Source: Neophaeotheca triangularis (taxonomy: Eukaryota). From it: a DNA stretch of 64,000 nucleotides. Below the pieces are notes generated by a model. The model saw only the letters and a list, made by a program, of their open reading frames with translations, ran no database searches and was not told the DNA's origin. Shown piece by piece: positions 23,085 to 35,882 of this stretch. Every line of letters begins with the position of its first letter. The stretch's first letter is position 1. Position numbers and translations under genes: made by a program. The stretch covers positions 1 to 64,000 of the forward strand of contig BAAIJX010000048.1 in assembly GCA_054600435.1 (NCBI GenBank), written 5' to 3'.

Positions 23085-25040
23085 ATGTCGTTCAACGACA
23101 CACAGCCAAGGGAAGCAGCGGAGTCGAACGAATCCACCAAAGAGAAGGACTCAAACAACGGTGCATCGCCGTCTAGATCGGAATGGAACGAGGAGCCTCG
23201 ACGATCTACTCGCGGAGGAAGTCTAGCTGCTCTGTCCGAAAAGCATCAATCTGGATACGCTGGAGATGGTAGAAGAGTCCTCCAGCAGTATGAAGCCTAC
23301 GATGCTACCGGATACGCCTGGCCATCCTGGAAGAAATGGATGCTCTTGACTTCCATCTTTTCCGTGCAAGTGTCGATGAACTTCAACACTTCCGTCTTTC
23401 CTTCGGCCGTCCCGCTCATCGCAGAAGAATACAATGTGAGCGAGCAGGCAGCGCGAGTGTGTCAAATGATCTTCTTGGTGATGTACGCCTTCGGTTGCGA
23501 GCTGTGGGCGCCTTGGAGTGAAGAATTCGGGCGTTGGCCAGTCCTCCAGCTCAGTCTGTTCTTTGTCAATATCTGGCAGATTCTAGCGGCACTCGCTCCC
23601 AACTTCGGCAGCTTGGTAGTCGCGAGAGCCCTTGGTGGTCTCTCCTCCGCGGGTGGCTCTGTTACACTAGGCATGGTCGCTGACCTCTTCGAGCCTGAGA
23701 ACCAACAATGGGCTGTGGCCTTTGTTGTCTTCTCGTCTGTATTCGGGACGTCGATTGGTCCCGTCGTCGGAGGGCCTGTCGCGCTCTTGGAGTATGTCGT
23801 TTTCCCATTCAAGTCTACATCCATACATTCCGTGTACTGACATCCTTTCGCGCGAAGACTTCAGTGGAACTTCTGGGTACAATGTAAGTCTTCCCTAACT
23901 CCTATAAGTAATAACGACAAGACTAATATTAGGGTAGTGATTTTTGGAGCCGTTGTACAAGCCGTTCACTTGTTCATGCCGGAATCTCGGTCCAGCATTT
24001 TGTTAGACAAGGAAGCTAGACGCCGACGCAAAGCCGGGGAGGAAGAGGTCTGGGGCCCGGACGAGGTGAAGAAACCACGAATAAGTGCTCACGAGTTCGG
24101 AATCACCTGGCTCCGTCCTTTCGAGATGTTTGTCCGCGAACCCATCGTGTTGTCTTGCTCTCTCCTCTCCGGATTCAGTGACGCTTTGATCTTCGTCTTC
24201 CAAGAAGGTACGCAATAGCACTCAATACCAGCATTGTTGATCAGGCGACTCACAACGCATAGGTTTCAATCCGGTCTACGCGAAATGGGGCTTTGGAACT
24301 CTCGAAACGGCCTGGGCTTTCATTCCTATCAACATCGGATACGTTCTTGCTTACATGTCCTACGTTCCATGGATCATGAAAGACCAGAAGACTATGCGAA
24401 CTAAAGGTGCAGACGCCGTGACTCCGGAATCACGATTGTACTGGCTGCTATACTTGGCGCCGCTTGAGGTAAGTCAAGACGAGCCTTGAACTCGGGAGCA
24501 AGTAACTTTGCTCACACTCGAACAGTGCATCGGCCTGTTCGGTTTCGCCTGGACCAGCTTGGGCCCCCCTCAGACTCACTGGATAGCCCCAATGATCTTT
24601 TCGACACTGATCGCCATTGCCAACTACGCCATTTACATGAGCACAATCGATTACATGATCGCAGCCTACGGACCCTACTCTGCTTCCGCCACCGGAGGCA
24701 ACGGCTTCGCACGCGATTTCCTCGCTGGTATCTCTGTAATGTTTCCCTCTCCCTTGCGTTCTGCTGGCTTTTCCGACTAACCATCATTTAGGCAATGTAT
24801 TCGACTCCCCTCTACACCAACATTGGCAATGAGTACGCTGTCGAATACGCCAGCACCATCCTCGCTTGTCTTGCATTCTTGGTCACAATCCCGGTGTACG
24901 TTATCTACTGGAAAGGTCCCCAGATCCGCGAGGCGAGCAAATTTGCACAGTCTCTCAACAACGAAAGGCAGGAGACTGGCCAGAGGAGGATGACCAAGGC
25001 CAACCCGGAGGTCGTTCAGCAGCACACGGAATCTGTTTGA
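23085..25040 (+). CDS. MFS transporter (DHA1-like), multi-exon
   Basis: WAPWSEEFGRWPVLQ, GSVTLGMVADL, PESRLYWLL and YGPYSASATGGNGFARDFLAG motifs. About 5 GT-AG introns, including a micro-exon near 23858-23883. Confidence 0.9.
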
Positions 25041-25660
25041 GCGTGGAATGGCTGGCTTAGGCTAACGTGGTTCATCTGAAGCCATCGTCGAAATGATACC
25101 CATAGAGCCATAAAAGAGAAAAGGGGAGTAGTGTTAATAGAGAGCATGACGCAGATCTTCTTACCTAGGTAGCTGATAACTTATGAACTGCTTGGTGTTT
25201 GACATTTATCCATCGATGTTCCGCCTCGCTCCCTGTCCAAAGACGCCCTAGTCAGCCTATCGGAAGATACATTTTGCGTGCTCCCCCTGTGTTCTTTTTC
25301 AGATACGCGCCAGGGATGGCATGGTCCTAACCTTACACCTGAAGCTCTGTGCCAAGGCTGTTCCAACAAAACACCAACACACTCATACCAAAGTGATCTT
25401 GTAGAATCTGAGAAACACATCACTCTCCCGGCGCACGTGTGAACAGATTCGTAGAGCGTCGGAAGCTCTGCCCGCACACATGGCCGCCATGAGGTCGGCG
25501 GCGCCTCCTCAATAGTCAACAGCTGTGAGCGGGGCAAAGCATGCCCGAGGTCTCATGCTGTCAATGCCAACGACACTGAGAGCCCGTCGTCTTCTCCTCG
25601 TCCTCAACGATCGTTCTACATCCTCCAACAACATCGCAACTTTGATGCTCCAGTATTGCA

Positions 25661-26876
25661 ATGGCACAATCAAAGAGCGCCGCTAGCAGTAGACTCACCC
25701 AGGTGACTGACTTTCTCACGGGAAACAAGACTGCCATGGAGATACCTTTCGATCCAGACAGCACAAAGTTTCCTACACGCAAAGAGCTCCCCAGCATACC
25801 CAATGCTCCAGAGCAGGCAGCCTGGGTTTGGGGCGAGAACGACTTTATAGGGCGACTCAATCTTCTGACTCCCTCAAGAGTTGCCGCAGCCGCCAAGGAG
25901 ATCCGTTCCGGCGAGATTGTTCCCCTAGATCTGCCTCTCAACGTGCCCGAGACACCTGCGTTCGGACGGGAAGTCTTTCAGCACGAAATCAAGACGTTGC
26001 GAGAGGGTTACGCATACGACGATATCTACCACCTGAACACGCAATCAGGCACCCAGTGGGATGGCTTCCGCCATTTTGCTCACGCACCCAGCAAGACCTT
26101 CTACAACAACACCACAGGAGAAGACATCACTGGACCCAGGGCTAACGAGAAGTGTTCGGTGCATCACTGGGCTGAACATGGCATCGCCGGCCGTGGAATC
26201 CTTCTCGACTACCGCGGCTACGCGCATAAAAAAGGCATCAACTACGACCCGTACGACTACTATCCCATCTCCTGGCAGGAGCTCTGGCACTGCGGCCAGG
26301 ATCAGGGCGTAGATATCCGCCCGGTAGCTCAAGGTGGTGACATCAAGCCAGGCGACATGCTGTTTATCAGGTCTGGGTTTGTAGAGGCCTACCACTTGAA
26401 GAGCTCGCAAGAGCGCCATGAGCTTGCAAAGCGAGCGCATCGTCCCGGTAAAGACAGCGGCCAGAGGTATGCCGGTGTCAGCCAAGAGGAGAAGATATTA
26501 GATTGGCTTCACGACTGCTACTTTGCGTCCGTGGCGGGCGACGCGCCGACTTTTGAGGCGTGGCCGACTCACGAAGGTTGGTTTTGATATAGCAACGCTG
26601 ACGGCTGACTGACTGCCGCTGACTGTTACCGAAGACTATCACTTGCACGAATATATTCTCGCCCTATGGGGTATGCCGCTTGGGGAAATGCTGGATCTCG
26701 AGAAGCTCGCCAAAACTTGCCGAGAGAAGGAACGCTGGTTCTTTTTCTTCACCAGTGCTCCTGCGAATGTCCCAGGTGAGTGAGCAGTAGCGTCGCGCAG
26801 CCGAGGAGAAGCTAATACCTATTGACCTCTTCCAGGTGGAGTGAGCAGCCATGTGAATGGTACGGCCGTGTTCTGA
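25661..26876 (+). CDS. cyclase-family metal-dependent amidohydrolase (kynurenine formamidase/isatin hydrolase-like), 3 exons
   Basis: GRLNLLTP, NTQSGTQWDGFRH, GRGILLD, PGDMLFIRSG, VAGDAPTFEAWP and spliced LHEYILALWGMPLGEMLDLEKLA...FFFTSAPANVPGGVSS. Confidence 0.88.
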
Positions 26877-27044
26877 GCGTGACATGGTTCTTTCTGATAA
26901 CGTTTGGACTGCGAATGTTGCTGCAGATAGACATGTGGTGACAGATGACAAACCAAAACCTGAAGTTATTCGATCCTGCAAGCCGTTCATATACATTCAT
27001 TGATGATAACTAGAAGTAGTACTAGTACCTCGTAGCAGATCTAT

Positions 27045-27380
27045 GTTGCCGGAGGGGCATTCCCGCTAACAACCTCAGGGTGGATTGCCCCGGTTGCCCG
27101 CCTCCGGAGGGGAACAGTGGACTCGGGCCGTCACGTTGCGGACTGGCTCGCACTCACCACTCCGGGGCCAAGCTGCGGGGTTTAGAGAAGTGCACAATCC
27201 CTTAAGATACTACTCTCTTGACCCTTACGTCGACCAGCAGCCCTGTATCCACCACGCCCCTTTCAAGACATTAGTCAAGTTGGACGACAGACAACGCCAG
27301 CAAATATGGGGAACAACAACACCCTCCCGCCCCTCCGGTAACGTGGCGAGCCCCGGCTTCATGATCAAGACATATATAAG
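27045..27380. promoter_or_regulatory. CreA/Cre1 (SYGGRG) site cluster and TATA box upstream of the GH39-like gene
   Basis: About 9 SYGGRG matches on both strands (27049, 27088, 27102, 27104, 27160, 27162, 27175, 27333, 27351), and TATATAA near 27373. Confidence 0.55.
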
Positions 27381-27479
27381 TACAGCCATGTTTAGTCCAC
27401 CACCCTCTTACTCTTCTTCGGGTACCTCTCGACTCGAAGTCAAACCCCCTTTTTTCTAATCTTGACCGTCACAACCACC

Positions 27480-29033
27480 ATGGCTTCGAAGCAGCTGTTT
27501 GGCATGGGCGCCGTTCTTTCGGGACTGACCTACGCCAGCGCCGCCCTTCTACCCCGGCAACAGAACAATAGCCAATCCACCATCACCGTCAATCTCTCTT
27601 CAGACAGAGGTGTCCCTGATCAACTTGGATCTGGTGTGCTCCTGGGTATTCCAGACGCTGAATGGCCGGGCAACAGCCCTGACGCAGCGGACCAAATCCC
27701 CGATGAATTCTACGAGAGAATCGGTTTCCGCTACAACCGCGCTGGAGGCTCGCAGTTGCCCCAGGGTGCTTGGATCACGGGCCTGGATGGCTACAACGCT
27801 CGTCTGAGGTCGTCAAAGTCGGACTACGACAAGGCCAAGTCTTTCGGTGCCGGCTACATCCTCATGCCTCATGACTTGTGGGGTACCGACCAGTCCGATA
27901 ACTCTACTCACTGGCCTGGTGACAATGGCGACTGGGATGACTACTACGCATTCCTCGACCAGCTCCTGAGCGACGTTGTTGAGCTGGACATGCTCGACAT
28001 GGCCTGGGACATCTGGAACGAGCCCGACGTGGACATATTCTGGGATCGCAGCGTCGAGCAATGGGTCGAGCTCTACGTTCGCACCCACCAGCACATCCGC
28101 TCCAAGCCCGAGCTCGACCGCATGGAAATCATGGGGCCTGCTATGCAAATCGGTCCCCGCGATGACCCATGGTGGACTGCGTGGTTCGAGGCCGTCTCCG
28201 AGAACGGCATCCCGCCGGATCAGTATTCCTACCACCTTCTGTACGGCCCCGGAGACGACCTCTCCTACGTCGACCTGCGCCGCTTCAATCAGAGCATGCA
28301 AGAATACCTTGAGCAGTACGACCTACCCCTCCGGCAAATCAACGTCAACGAGTACGCCCGTCCCGAGCAGCAAGTCCCCTCGGTCTCGGCCTGGTTCCTC
28401 TCCCGCTTCGAGCGCTACGACACTTTCGGTCTCCGCGCCAACTGGGAAATGGAATGCCCCCTGCACGACTACCTGGCCAACCTGGTCACCAAGCAAGGCG
28501 CCCCAAACGTCTCATGCAGCGACACCGGCTACCAGCCCAACGGCGAGTGGCAGATGTACGCCTACTACGGCACCAACATGACGGGCAAGCGTCTGGCATC
28601 CGAGGGCAGCGGCGACGGCGTCGCGGATGTCTTCGCCACCGTCGACGACTCCACCGCTCGCATCCTGTTCGGCACCCTGCAGCACATCGATGTCGAGGAG
28701 AACACCGGCACCTGGTACCTGCAGCTCGACAATCTGTCCAGCCTCGGCTTGCCCGAGTCCGGCTCGCTGGCCGTACAGACTTGGGCTTTCGTCAACAATG
28801 GCCACTACGGGTACATTGCTGGCCCCGAGGACCGTGGTGTCGTGGAGCACGAGTACAGCGGCGATAGTGTCACGTGGGCCATCACCGTCGACGGCGAGAG
28901 TGTCGAGACTGCGCTTGCTTTTGAGTTTGCCGTTGCTGGTGGTGATGAGGGTGGTGAGGATGGACCAGCCCCTGGGTACGGCGAGGGCGAGCAGGAGAAA
29001 CCTAAGCAGAAAGAGCCTAAGAACCATTGTTAG
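27480..29033 (+). CDS. secreted glycoside hydrolase, GH39-like (clan GH-A; putative beta-xylosidase-type)
   Basis: Signal peptide, RAGGSQL, acid/base motif WDIWNEPD, nucleophile region INVNEY and GLRANW. Intronless. Confidence 0.8.
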   Translation: MASKQLFGMGAVLSGLTYASAALLPRQQNNSQSTITVNLSSDRGVPDQLGSGVLLGIPDAEWPGNSPDAADQIPDEFYERIGFRYNRAGGSQLPQGAWITGLDGYNARLRSSKSDYDKAKSFGAGYILMPHDLWGTDQSDNSTHWPGDNGDWDDYYAFLDQLLSDVVELDMLDMAWDIWNEPDVDIFWDRSVEQWVELYVRTHQHIRSKPELDRMEIMGPAMQIGPRDDPWWTAWFEAVSENGIPPDQYSYHLLYGPGDDLSYVDLRRFNQSMQEYLEQYDLPLRQINVNEYARPEQQVPSVSAWFLSRFERYDTFGLRANWEMECPLHDYLANLVTKQGAPNVSCSDTGYQPNGEWQMYAYYGTNMTGKRLASEGSGDGVADVFATVDDSTARILFGTLQHIDVEENTGTWYLQLDNLSSLGLPESGSLAVQTWAFVNNGHYGYIAGPEDRGVVEHEYSGDSVTWAITVDGESVETALAFEFAVAGGDEGGEDGPAPGYGEGEQEKPKQKEPKNHC

Positions 29034-29483
29034 ATGACGACAGTAGTCGGCGCGAGCGACGATACAACGATGGGTGTACATAGTTAGTAGCTCTGAACTG
29101 ATGGAAATCGCCCAATTCAAGTTTCCTAACTCTCACTTGACATCCCAGACCCGTTGTGGCTGATCTAATCCCCTTGGGCCTGCCTCATCTTGTTATGGAG
29201 CTGACGTTTCCACCTCAGTTCTAACATGCCTTTCGAGGAAGACAGCGCTCGATCTTGCAAAAGTGCTCTTGAAACGTCGTCGAGTAGATGGCGCCACCAC
29301 CGAGTAACGTACAATGATGTCAATTCTCAAAGCAAATTGCCAACATACCCGTGACTGCAAAAGAACAATAAGATGATGTCAAGATATCTGCGCGAGATAC
29401 TGTACGTATGTGCACACAAAGGGCGACAAGTCCCATTTCTTCCAGAGCCCACGGCGTCGAACAGCCACCATCAAGACCTATTC

Positions 29484-32150
29484 CTAATACTCCATCAACC
29501 TCAACTTCTTCCCAACCTCCCTTCTGGCTGCAACCTTCTCACCAGACTTATCGTCGCCGTCGTCGTCCTTGTTCTTAAGAGCCTGAAGCAACATGCCGGC
29601 GTCGAAGAAACCGTCTGCGCGAGTAATACGTTAGCAACAACTCCAAAGCATACCAGCCTCTCACCACCAAAGTAAAGGCATGGGATAAACTCACAACCAC
29701 CCAACTCATCGTCTTCATCGCTGACAGTCAGCGAATCCTCACCCGGCGTGCGCGTGCCAGTCTTGCCATCTCCACCCCCGATGACTCTTCCACGGCTCTT
29801 GACTCTCTTCGCCCCCGGCCTCTTCTCTTCAGCCTCTCGGGCCCTAGAAGCAAGCTTATCGGTACTAGTACCCCTACGCTGAGTCTGCCTCAACAGCTTG
29901 CGGATCTCCAAAAAGTAGCTCTCGATAGCGTCAATATACCGCTTAGTCTGGCGGTGTTTGCTGCTGGCGCAGATGGAAATGCTGCCGTCTTTGATAATGT
30001 AGCCGATGCCGAAACCTTCGCCCGACGTCGGACCGAAACCGAAGTGGCGGAGGGAGGGGTTGCCGCAGTTGGAGGTCGAGAGGATCGTGTTGTTGATCTT
30101 GTCCCAACCGGCGTCGGCGAAGAGGGCAGGCAAGGAGTGGTTGCCATTGCCGTTGCCGCGGGGTGGGCTGCGGGAGGTGCTGGTGGTGTTGTCGGTGTCG
30201 CCTTCGGCGCTGCGGTTAGGGCTGGACATCATGCTCGAGGGATCGCGCTCGCTGGAGGGGCTGCTGTAGTCGTTGGTGCTGGAGCTTTCGGCGCTGCTGG
30301 AGTCTTGAGAGTTCATAAAACGCTGCCAGACGCAGAAAAGGGCGTAGAGGTGGCGGTCTTGGCCTTGGGCTTTGGCGCATTCCTTGGTCAGAGCTGTGTG
30401 TTTGCCGGCAGCTTTGCGGAGTGTCTCGACTTTCTGAGCGGGTGGGTTCTCGCCCCAGAAGGTGCGTACGAAGTCGACGCTTTCATGGGTTACCGGGCGA
30501 ATGGCTTCAGTCCGGCCATGAAAGTAAATTTTCGTCATGGCCGGTTCGTACTGCGACTCCATACGACCGTATAGACCGTAGTAGGCAGCTTGGAAGGCCA
30601 TTTGCACAAAAGCATCGGGCGAAAAGCCCATTGAGGTAATAAAGTTCTTGCCATAACCCTCAAATTCGAGCGTCTCAAACTCATTCTGTTGGATGAGATC
30701 TGCTAGACGAGTCTCGGCGAAGCGCAACGCTGTCTTGAGTTCTGGTACCATGTCCCACTCAAGCTTGTGAGGGGTTGTGCTGACGTCGCCGAAGCTTGTA
30801 GGGTCTCTCTTCGATGGATCGGGGCTGGTTGAGGCCCAGAGCGAGGGTGCTTGACCGTTGATACTCTTTGCGAAGCGCAAGATCGTGTCTGTGTAGACAT
30901 CTGAAGCAAAGCGCAGGATGGTATGCCCGTCTACACCAGTGTGCTCGAAGTTGATGCCTGCGCTACCGTTCTTGCAGACGATGATCTGCAGCTTGTCGTA
31001 CCAGCGATTCGTGCAAGTGCCTACTTGTAGACCTTTCTGGACTTCCGAAGAACCACACAGCATGTTGGTACAAAGATCTGCGCTGCTTCTAGGTTCGAGA
31101 TGGTCCAGGCACAGTATGAAGAGCGCGGAATCAACAAGATTCAAGCAATCGCTGTTGTTTGATCCTTCCTCTCTGCCAAGCAAGTCTCTCAGGCTGGACC
31201 AGATCTTCCTGTTTTCGGTTGTGAGAACACCCAGCGCGCCCTTTGCGGCATCCTGAATTGGTACCTCCTCCGCGTCGTTCTGGATAACTTGCAGGTTCAG
31301 AGCAACGTCTTTTTCAGTCATGATGAGGTCGTTGTTGTCGTCCAATACATCAAACCAGTAGAATTGTCCCTTGCAGAGCACTACAATGTGCTTGCTGCTG
31401 GGGTCTTGCCCAATGTGACAGCCATTCTCCGTGGGTATTCTTGCTGTGCCAAACATCCTCGAGTATTGGTACATACACAATGGCTGGTCTCTTATCATAT
31501 CCGGGGGCAGCTCCTCTTTCCGAACAGCACGAACAAATGCAAGCGATGAGATGACAAGCGATGCAGCGCGGGTGACTTGGTTGTTGCGTGCTGGCGTCGG
31601 ATCGTCTTCGAGAAGAAAAAATGGATTGAGGTTGAGCACCACTGGGTTGTCGAAGTTGAGGTACGAATCGTACCCTAGAAAAAGTCAGTACCGCTGTTGT
31701 TGAATTCCCAATTCCCTGGCTGCACGTCGACTTACAGAACTGCTCGATGAAGCTGCTCTTTCCCGACGCATATTTCTTAAGGCTCTCCTGCAACTCAGGT
31801 CCGTCTGTCTTCAAGAATTCCTGGATGGCTCGCTCAGAGTCTCTGTGTTCTCTGTGTGTCTGCAGCGGATCAAGTGCATCGAGGTACTTCTTGCACGTCT
31901 GCTCCAAGTCTGGTATGGGCAGCTTTGGAAGCTTGTCCTGCGCAGCAAACGTAATGCCCGGCTGTGACTCCGTGCTCTTGTGGTTTCCCAGCGGGTTCTT
32001 CTCCTCTTTCGGAAAGCTCTTGGCTGTCTGCTCGGCATTCTCCGCAGACCGATCCTGCTCAGGCGCAGCGTTCGTTTTGTGATCGTCGACGGTAGCCAGC
32101 TGGCTGTCAAGTGGTTTAGGCATGGTGAAGGTCTTGGCTGTTGAAGACAT
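29484..32150 (-). CDS. facC: carnitine O-acetyltransferase, Yat1/FacC type, 3 exons
   Basis: LPKLPIPDLE, NRWYDK, catalytic FEHTGVDG, SPDAFVQMAFQ, HGRTEAIR and LSTSNCG motifs. The last exon YGFFDAGMLL...KKLRLMEY has no PTS1. Confidence 0.9.
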
Positions 32151-33282
32151 GATGTAGGTAAGCATGCGATCTAGCTATGCAAAGGTGATACCCGCGTGGA
32201 GATTGACAGTCCACGCAGCGCTGTTCGGTAGAAGTAATGCAAGTCGTGTAGACAGTAGATCGGCATTGGCTTATTACGCTCAGAAGGGGGTAGTCATGGA
32301 TTGTTGGCCGAAGAGATTGAAAGGCACGGGTGTTCGCGCTGGGGAGACACAGATGATGGTGCAAGAATGCAATTCCTCAAGACGGCTCGGCCAAAAGGGA
32401 GAAGCATGCAACTGCGGAGGGGGGAATATATATGGGAACTCACGTTTCAAAAGGTGCGGGTCTGGTGCAGATGATGTGTGTGTGCAGCTCCTCCTCACTA
32501 ACCTCGGAAGGGAAGATCGAGATAAGTAGGCAAGAGGCCCACAAGGCGCTCCGCCGGAACGGACGACGAGGACTTAGGAAGCTGGGCGCGGGCTAGAGGA
32601 AGAGGTGAAGTTGAAAGGCTATAAGCTAAGAAATGCTTGCCAATTGCGCAAGAAATGGAGCTTGCTAGGGCGGTTTGGTTCGAGTCGAGTGAAATTGCGG
32701 TCTATTCCTTGTTTGTAGCAGGACGATGGGGAAGAGCAAGAAGAAAGTTTGAAAGGGAAGAGAATAATGTATGTACTTGACGAGGCTTGTGGACTAGGGT
32801 AGGGTAGGTAAGGTATTGTTGCTAAAACTCACCGTTTGATCACACGCAAGAGATGCAGATGGATGGTGGGTGGTTTGTTCACATGCCCGCCCAGCAATAC
32901 CTTACCTGCCGTAGCTAGTGGAGTGTCCATGGACGGGAATCCTCCACTCGTCCGCTGGAGCGGGTGACGTTGGATGTGCCAAGAAACGTGGGGACGTGGG
33001 CGGAGTAACGGAACTTGTCGAGGAGGTACAGTACGAGAGTACCTACTAGTAGGTCGGTAGCAAACCTCCCTTCAGACAGGGCAGGTGAGGCGAGCGAGAC
33101 TTCCCTTCACGCGTGAATCGTGAATGTGATGGATGAGAGTCAGAGACGCGACTGGTGGTAACCTGCTACCTTCGTACTAGCTAGCCGCTTACCTACCTTA
33201 GGTACCTACAGCCTACTACCTACCTAACCTCTCCACCACCCAGGCAGGCATCACGTGTTCGATGCGATGATGCCCAGTGCAG

Positions 33283-34617
33283 ATGACAAACCTTCTCACC
33301 CTCCTCCCCGACTTCGATACTAAACCTTTCTCCCACATCTTACCCTCGTTGGAGAAAGCATCGATATCGTCCGCTGACTTGTTGACCCTCGATGCGCTTG
33401 ACGTGGCCAAGCGAGCTCAAGTACCTACTGGGGAGGTGAAGAAGCTCACCAATGCCCTGCTGCATCGTCTCCGTGGTGCTCCAGTAATCGGCGACGGCCA
33501 TGACACTTCCTCAAGGGAATGGGTCTTCGCCAATGGCGAAACCCTGGTAGAACCATGCCATCATATCAGTACGCTCGATGACGCTCTGGATGCGAAGCTC
33601 GGTGGCGGCATTCCCAGAGGTTACTTGACGGAGATCACTGGCGAAAGGTATACAACGTCCTCGCTCCTCCTCTTGCGAACATTCAATTGACGGTATCTAT
33701 CCAGTGCGGCTGGCAAAACCCAATTCCTTCTCACGCTACTTCTCTCCGCTCAACTTTCAGGGCCAACCTCCGAAGCCAGGAACGTGCTCTACATCTCAAC
33801 AGAAGCTTCGATCCAAACCACCCGTCTGACACAGATACTTGAACACCATCCTAAACTTAATTCTCTCAAAGGGGATTCCAAACCCTCGCTATCCCGCATA
33901 CAAAGCACCCATATTCACGACCTCGAAGCCCAAGACCACATCCTACAATACCAAGTCCCAGCAGCAATCCAGCGCCTCAACATTGGCCTTCTCGTCATCG
34001 ACAGCATAGCAGCCAACTACCGGGCAGAGCTCGAACGAGGTAAAGCCGGTAAATCCAGCGCCGAAGCCTTCGCAAAACGTAGCGCCCAAATGGCCAATCT
34101 CGGCTCCCACCTTCGCAGCATCGCACGCTCTCACAACCTAGCGATTGTAGTGGCAAACCAAGTAGCTGATCGTTTTGCCGTCTTTGAACCAACGGCTTTC
34201 CTTCCAGTGCAAAGCCAGTCTACCAATCGTTCCGGTCCTGCATCACCTAGACCTCCTGTCCATGACTCGCTCTTTTCCCAGGAAGAACCCGCATCGCAAC
34301 TCTCCACCGAGGATCCTTTAGCGCTAGACCACCAACAACGTTTTTTCACCGGCTGGGGCGACAACCCTGAGCAGCTCCATCTCAAAACGCCCTCGCTCGG
34401 TCTCACCTGGACAAACCAGCTTTCCGCTCGCATCGCATTGTTGAAGGAGCCCATCTACGATGAGCGCGCGTATGCCGTGGGCGAGGAGAGGAGCTTGAAG
34501 ACTTGGGAGAGGAAGGTCAAGGTTGTCTTTGGTGCCTGGTGTCCTCCGAGCGAGACGAGCTTTCAGGTTTGGGAGGGTGGGGTGAGGAGTTTGTCCTCGG
34601 AGGTGGCAGGTGATTAG
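33283..34617 (+). CDS. RAD57: Rad51 paralog, DNA repair protein Rad57/XRCC3
   Basis: ISTLDDALD...GGGIPRGYLTEITGE and SAAGKTQ form a Walker A split by intron ~33648-33704. Walker B LLVIDSIAANYR, VVANQVAD and PSLGLTW follow. Confidence 0.92.
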
Positions 34618-35882
34618 GGACGAGTGACTGTATGGAGTTTATGGTCGCTTGTTTCTGCATGAGATACGTCCGGTTAACTGGGAGGGATATTTGCATCGCT
34701 ACACATCAGCAAGACCGAGCGATTATGTCTTCCTCATCCTCCGAGGCGGCGCTCGGCCAACGCAAGCAACAATGCAACAACAAGACCGACGAAAACCTAT
34801 CCTTTGAATCACCAAGTATCTGGACCCCGGCGGGCGGATGGTGCTAGAAGGTACTGAAGAGGTACGATCTGTGGTGGTTGGGGGTGGAACATGAGGTTTG
34901 AGTTATAGGGGGGATGGATGGCTCAAACCTCCTGAGCGGTCCTTCAATCGAGCGGACACCGGGCCTTGGTGAAACCGAGCGGTGGACGGTGGCCAGCACG
35001 AAATGAAAAGGTATGTGGGAACAGTCTGAGTGTCGGAACTCCTCGAAGGGGCTTGGATGTGGCTCAAACGCTTCGAGCCGGCCTTCACAGCGAGGCGATT
35101 GAAACTTCTCCCACCGAATATCGGAACTGCATGCCCTAGCGGGTCAAATGTGGCTACCAAACGCTACAAGGAATTCGTCGCTCGTGCTGGCTACCTTCCA
35201 CTCTACGCAGGGAGACGGATCTGGCTCTCAATGCTTCCTTAGCAGAGCGATTGATACGCTCTCGATCAAAGTGGTCGAAAACCGATGGCACGCCAGCCAT
35301 CTATGGCTAGTTCTACCTCGCAGCTATCATTGGCTACTTCGTGGTCCGAAACTTCTCGCTCGGCCTCGATTGTTGCCGCAGTATTCAAAGTCGTATGGCT
35401 CTTGCGGTTTGTGTTAGGTTTTGGCCCGACATCTGCGGTGGGCTACAACTCGTGTAGAGTGCTCCTGCGCAAGGTACGCGCCCAGTGCAGCTCCAAACTT
35501 GGGGATTCAAGGCCGTATTGGTGGTAGTGGTAGAATTAGAGAGTTTGTAGACGGAGGGTCGCAACTTTTTACTATCGTCGTCTTCGGTAGGGTTTGCCTC
35601 GATTTTTCACGGTGATGTGCAGCAGTGGGACACGTCTTGAGGAGGCACTCACGTGGCAAGGTACCGCAACAAGCTTGTCAAAGTTAAAATGTAAAACCAT
35701 TTGGCAAACTATGCATATAAACACGTCCTTTTCCGAGTAACAATAGACCGTTCTACTGATACAACCAACCCACATTATCCCTAATGTCGTCAATTCATGC
35801 TCGTAGGCAGCACAAGAGTAGAACCACATCCGCGCAGATCAGGTAGGTCTTCCCACCATCCGCGCAAGTGGGAATCAAGTCT

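Noticed and set aside
27480..29033. Horizontal transfer of the intronless, GC3-rich GH39-like gene (and of the NmrA-like gene)
   Set aside because: Many native genes here are also intronless and these families are common in fungi. It cannot be supported without phylogeny.
32796..32815. Interstitial telomeric repeat
   Set aside because: TAGGG/TAGG units, not TTAGGG; part of the GGTA motif family.
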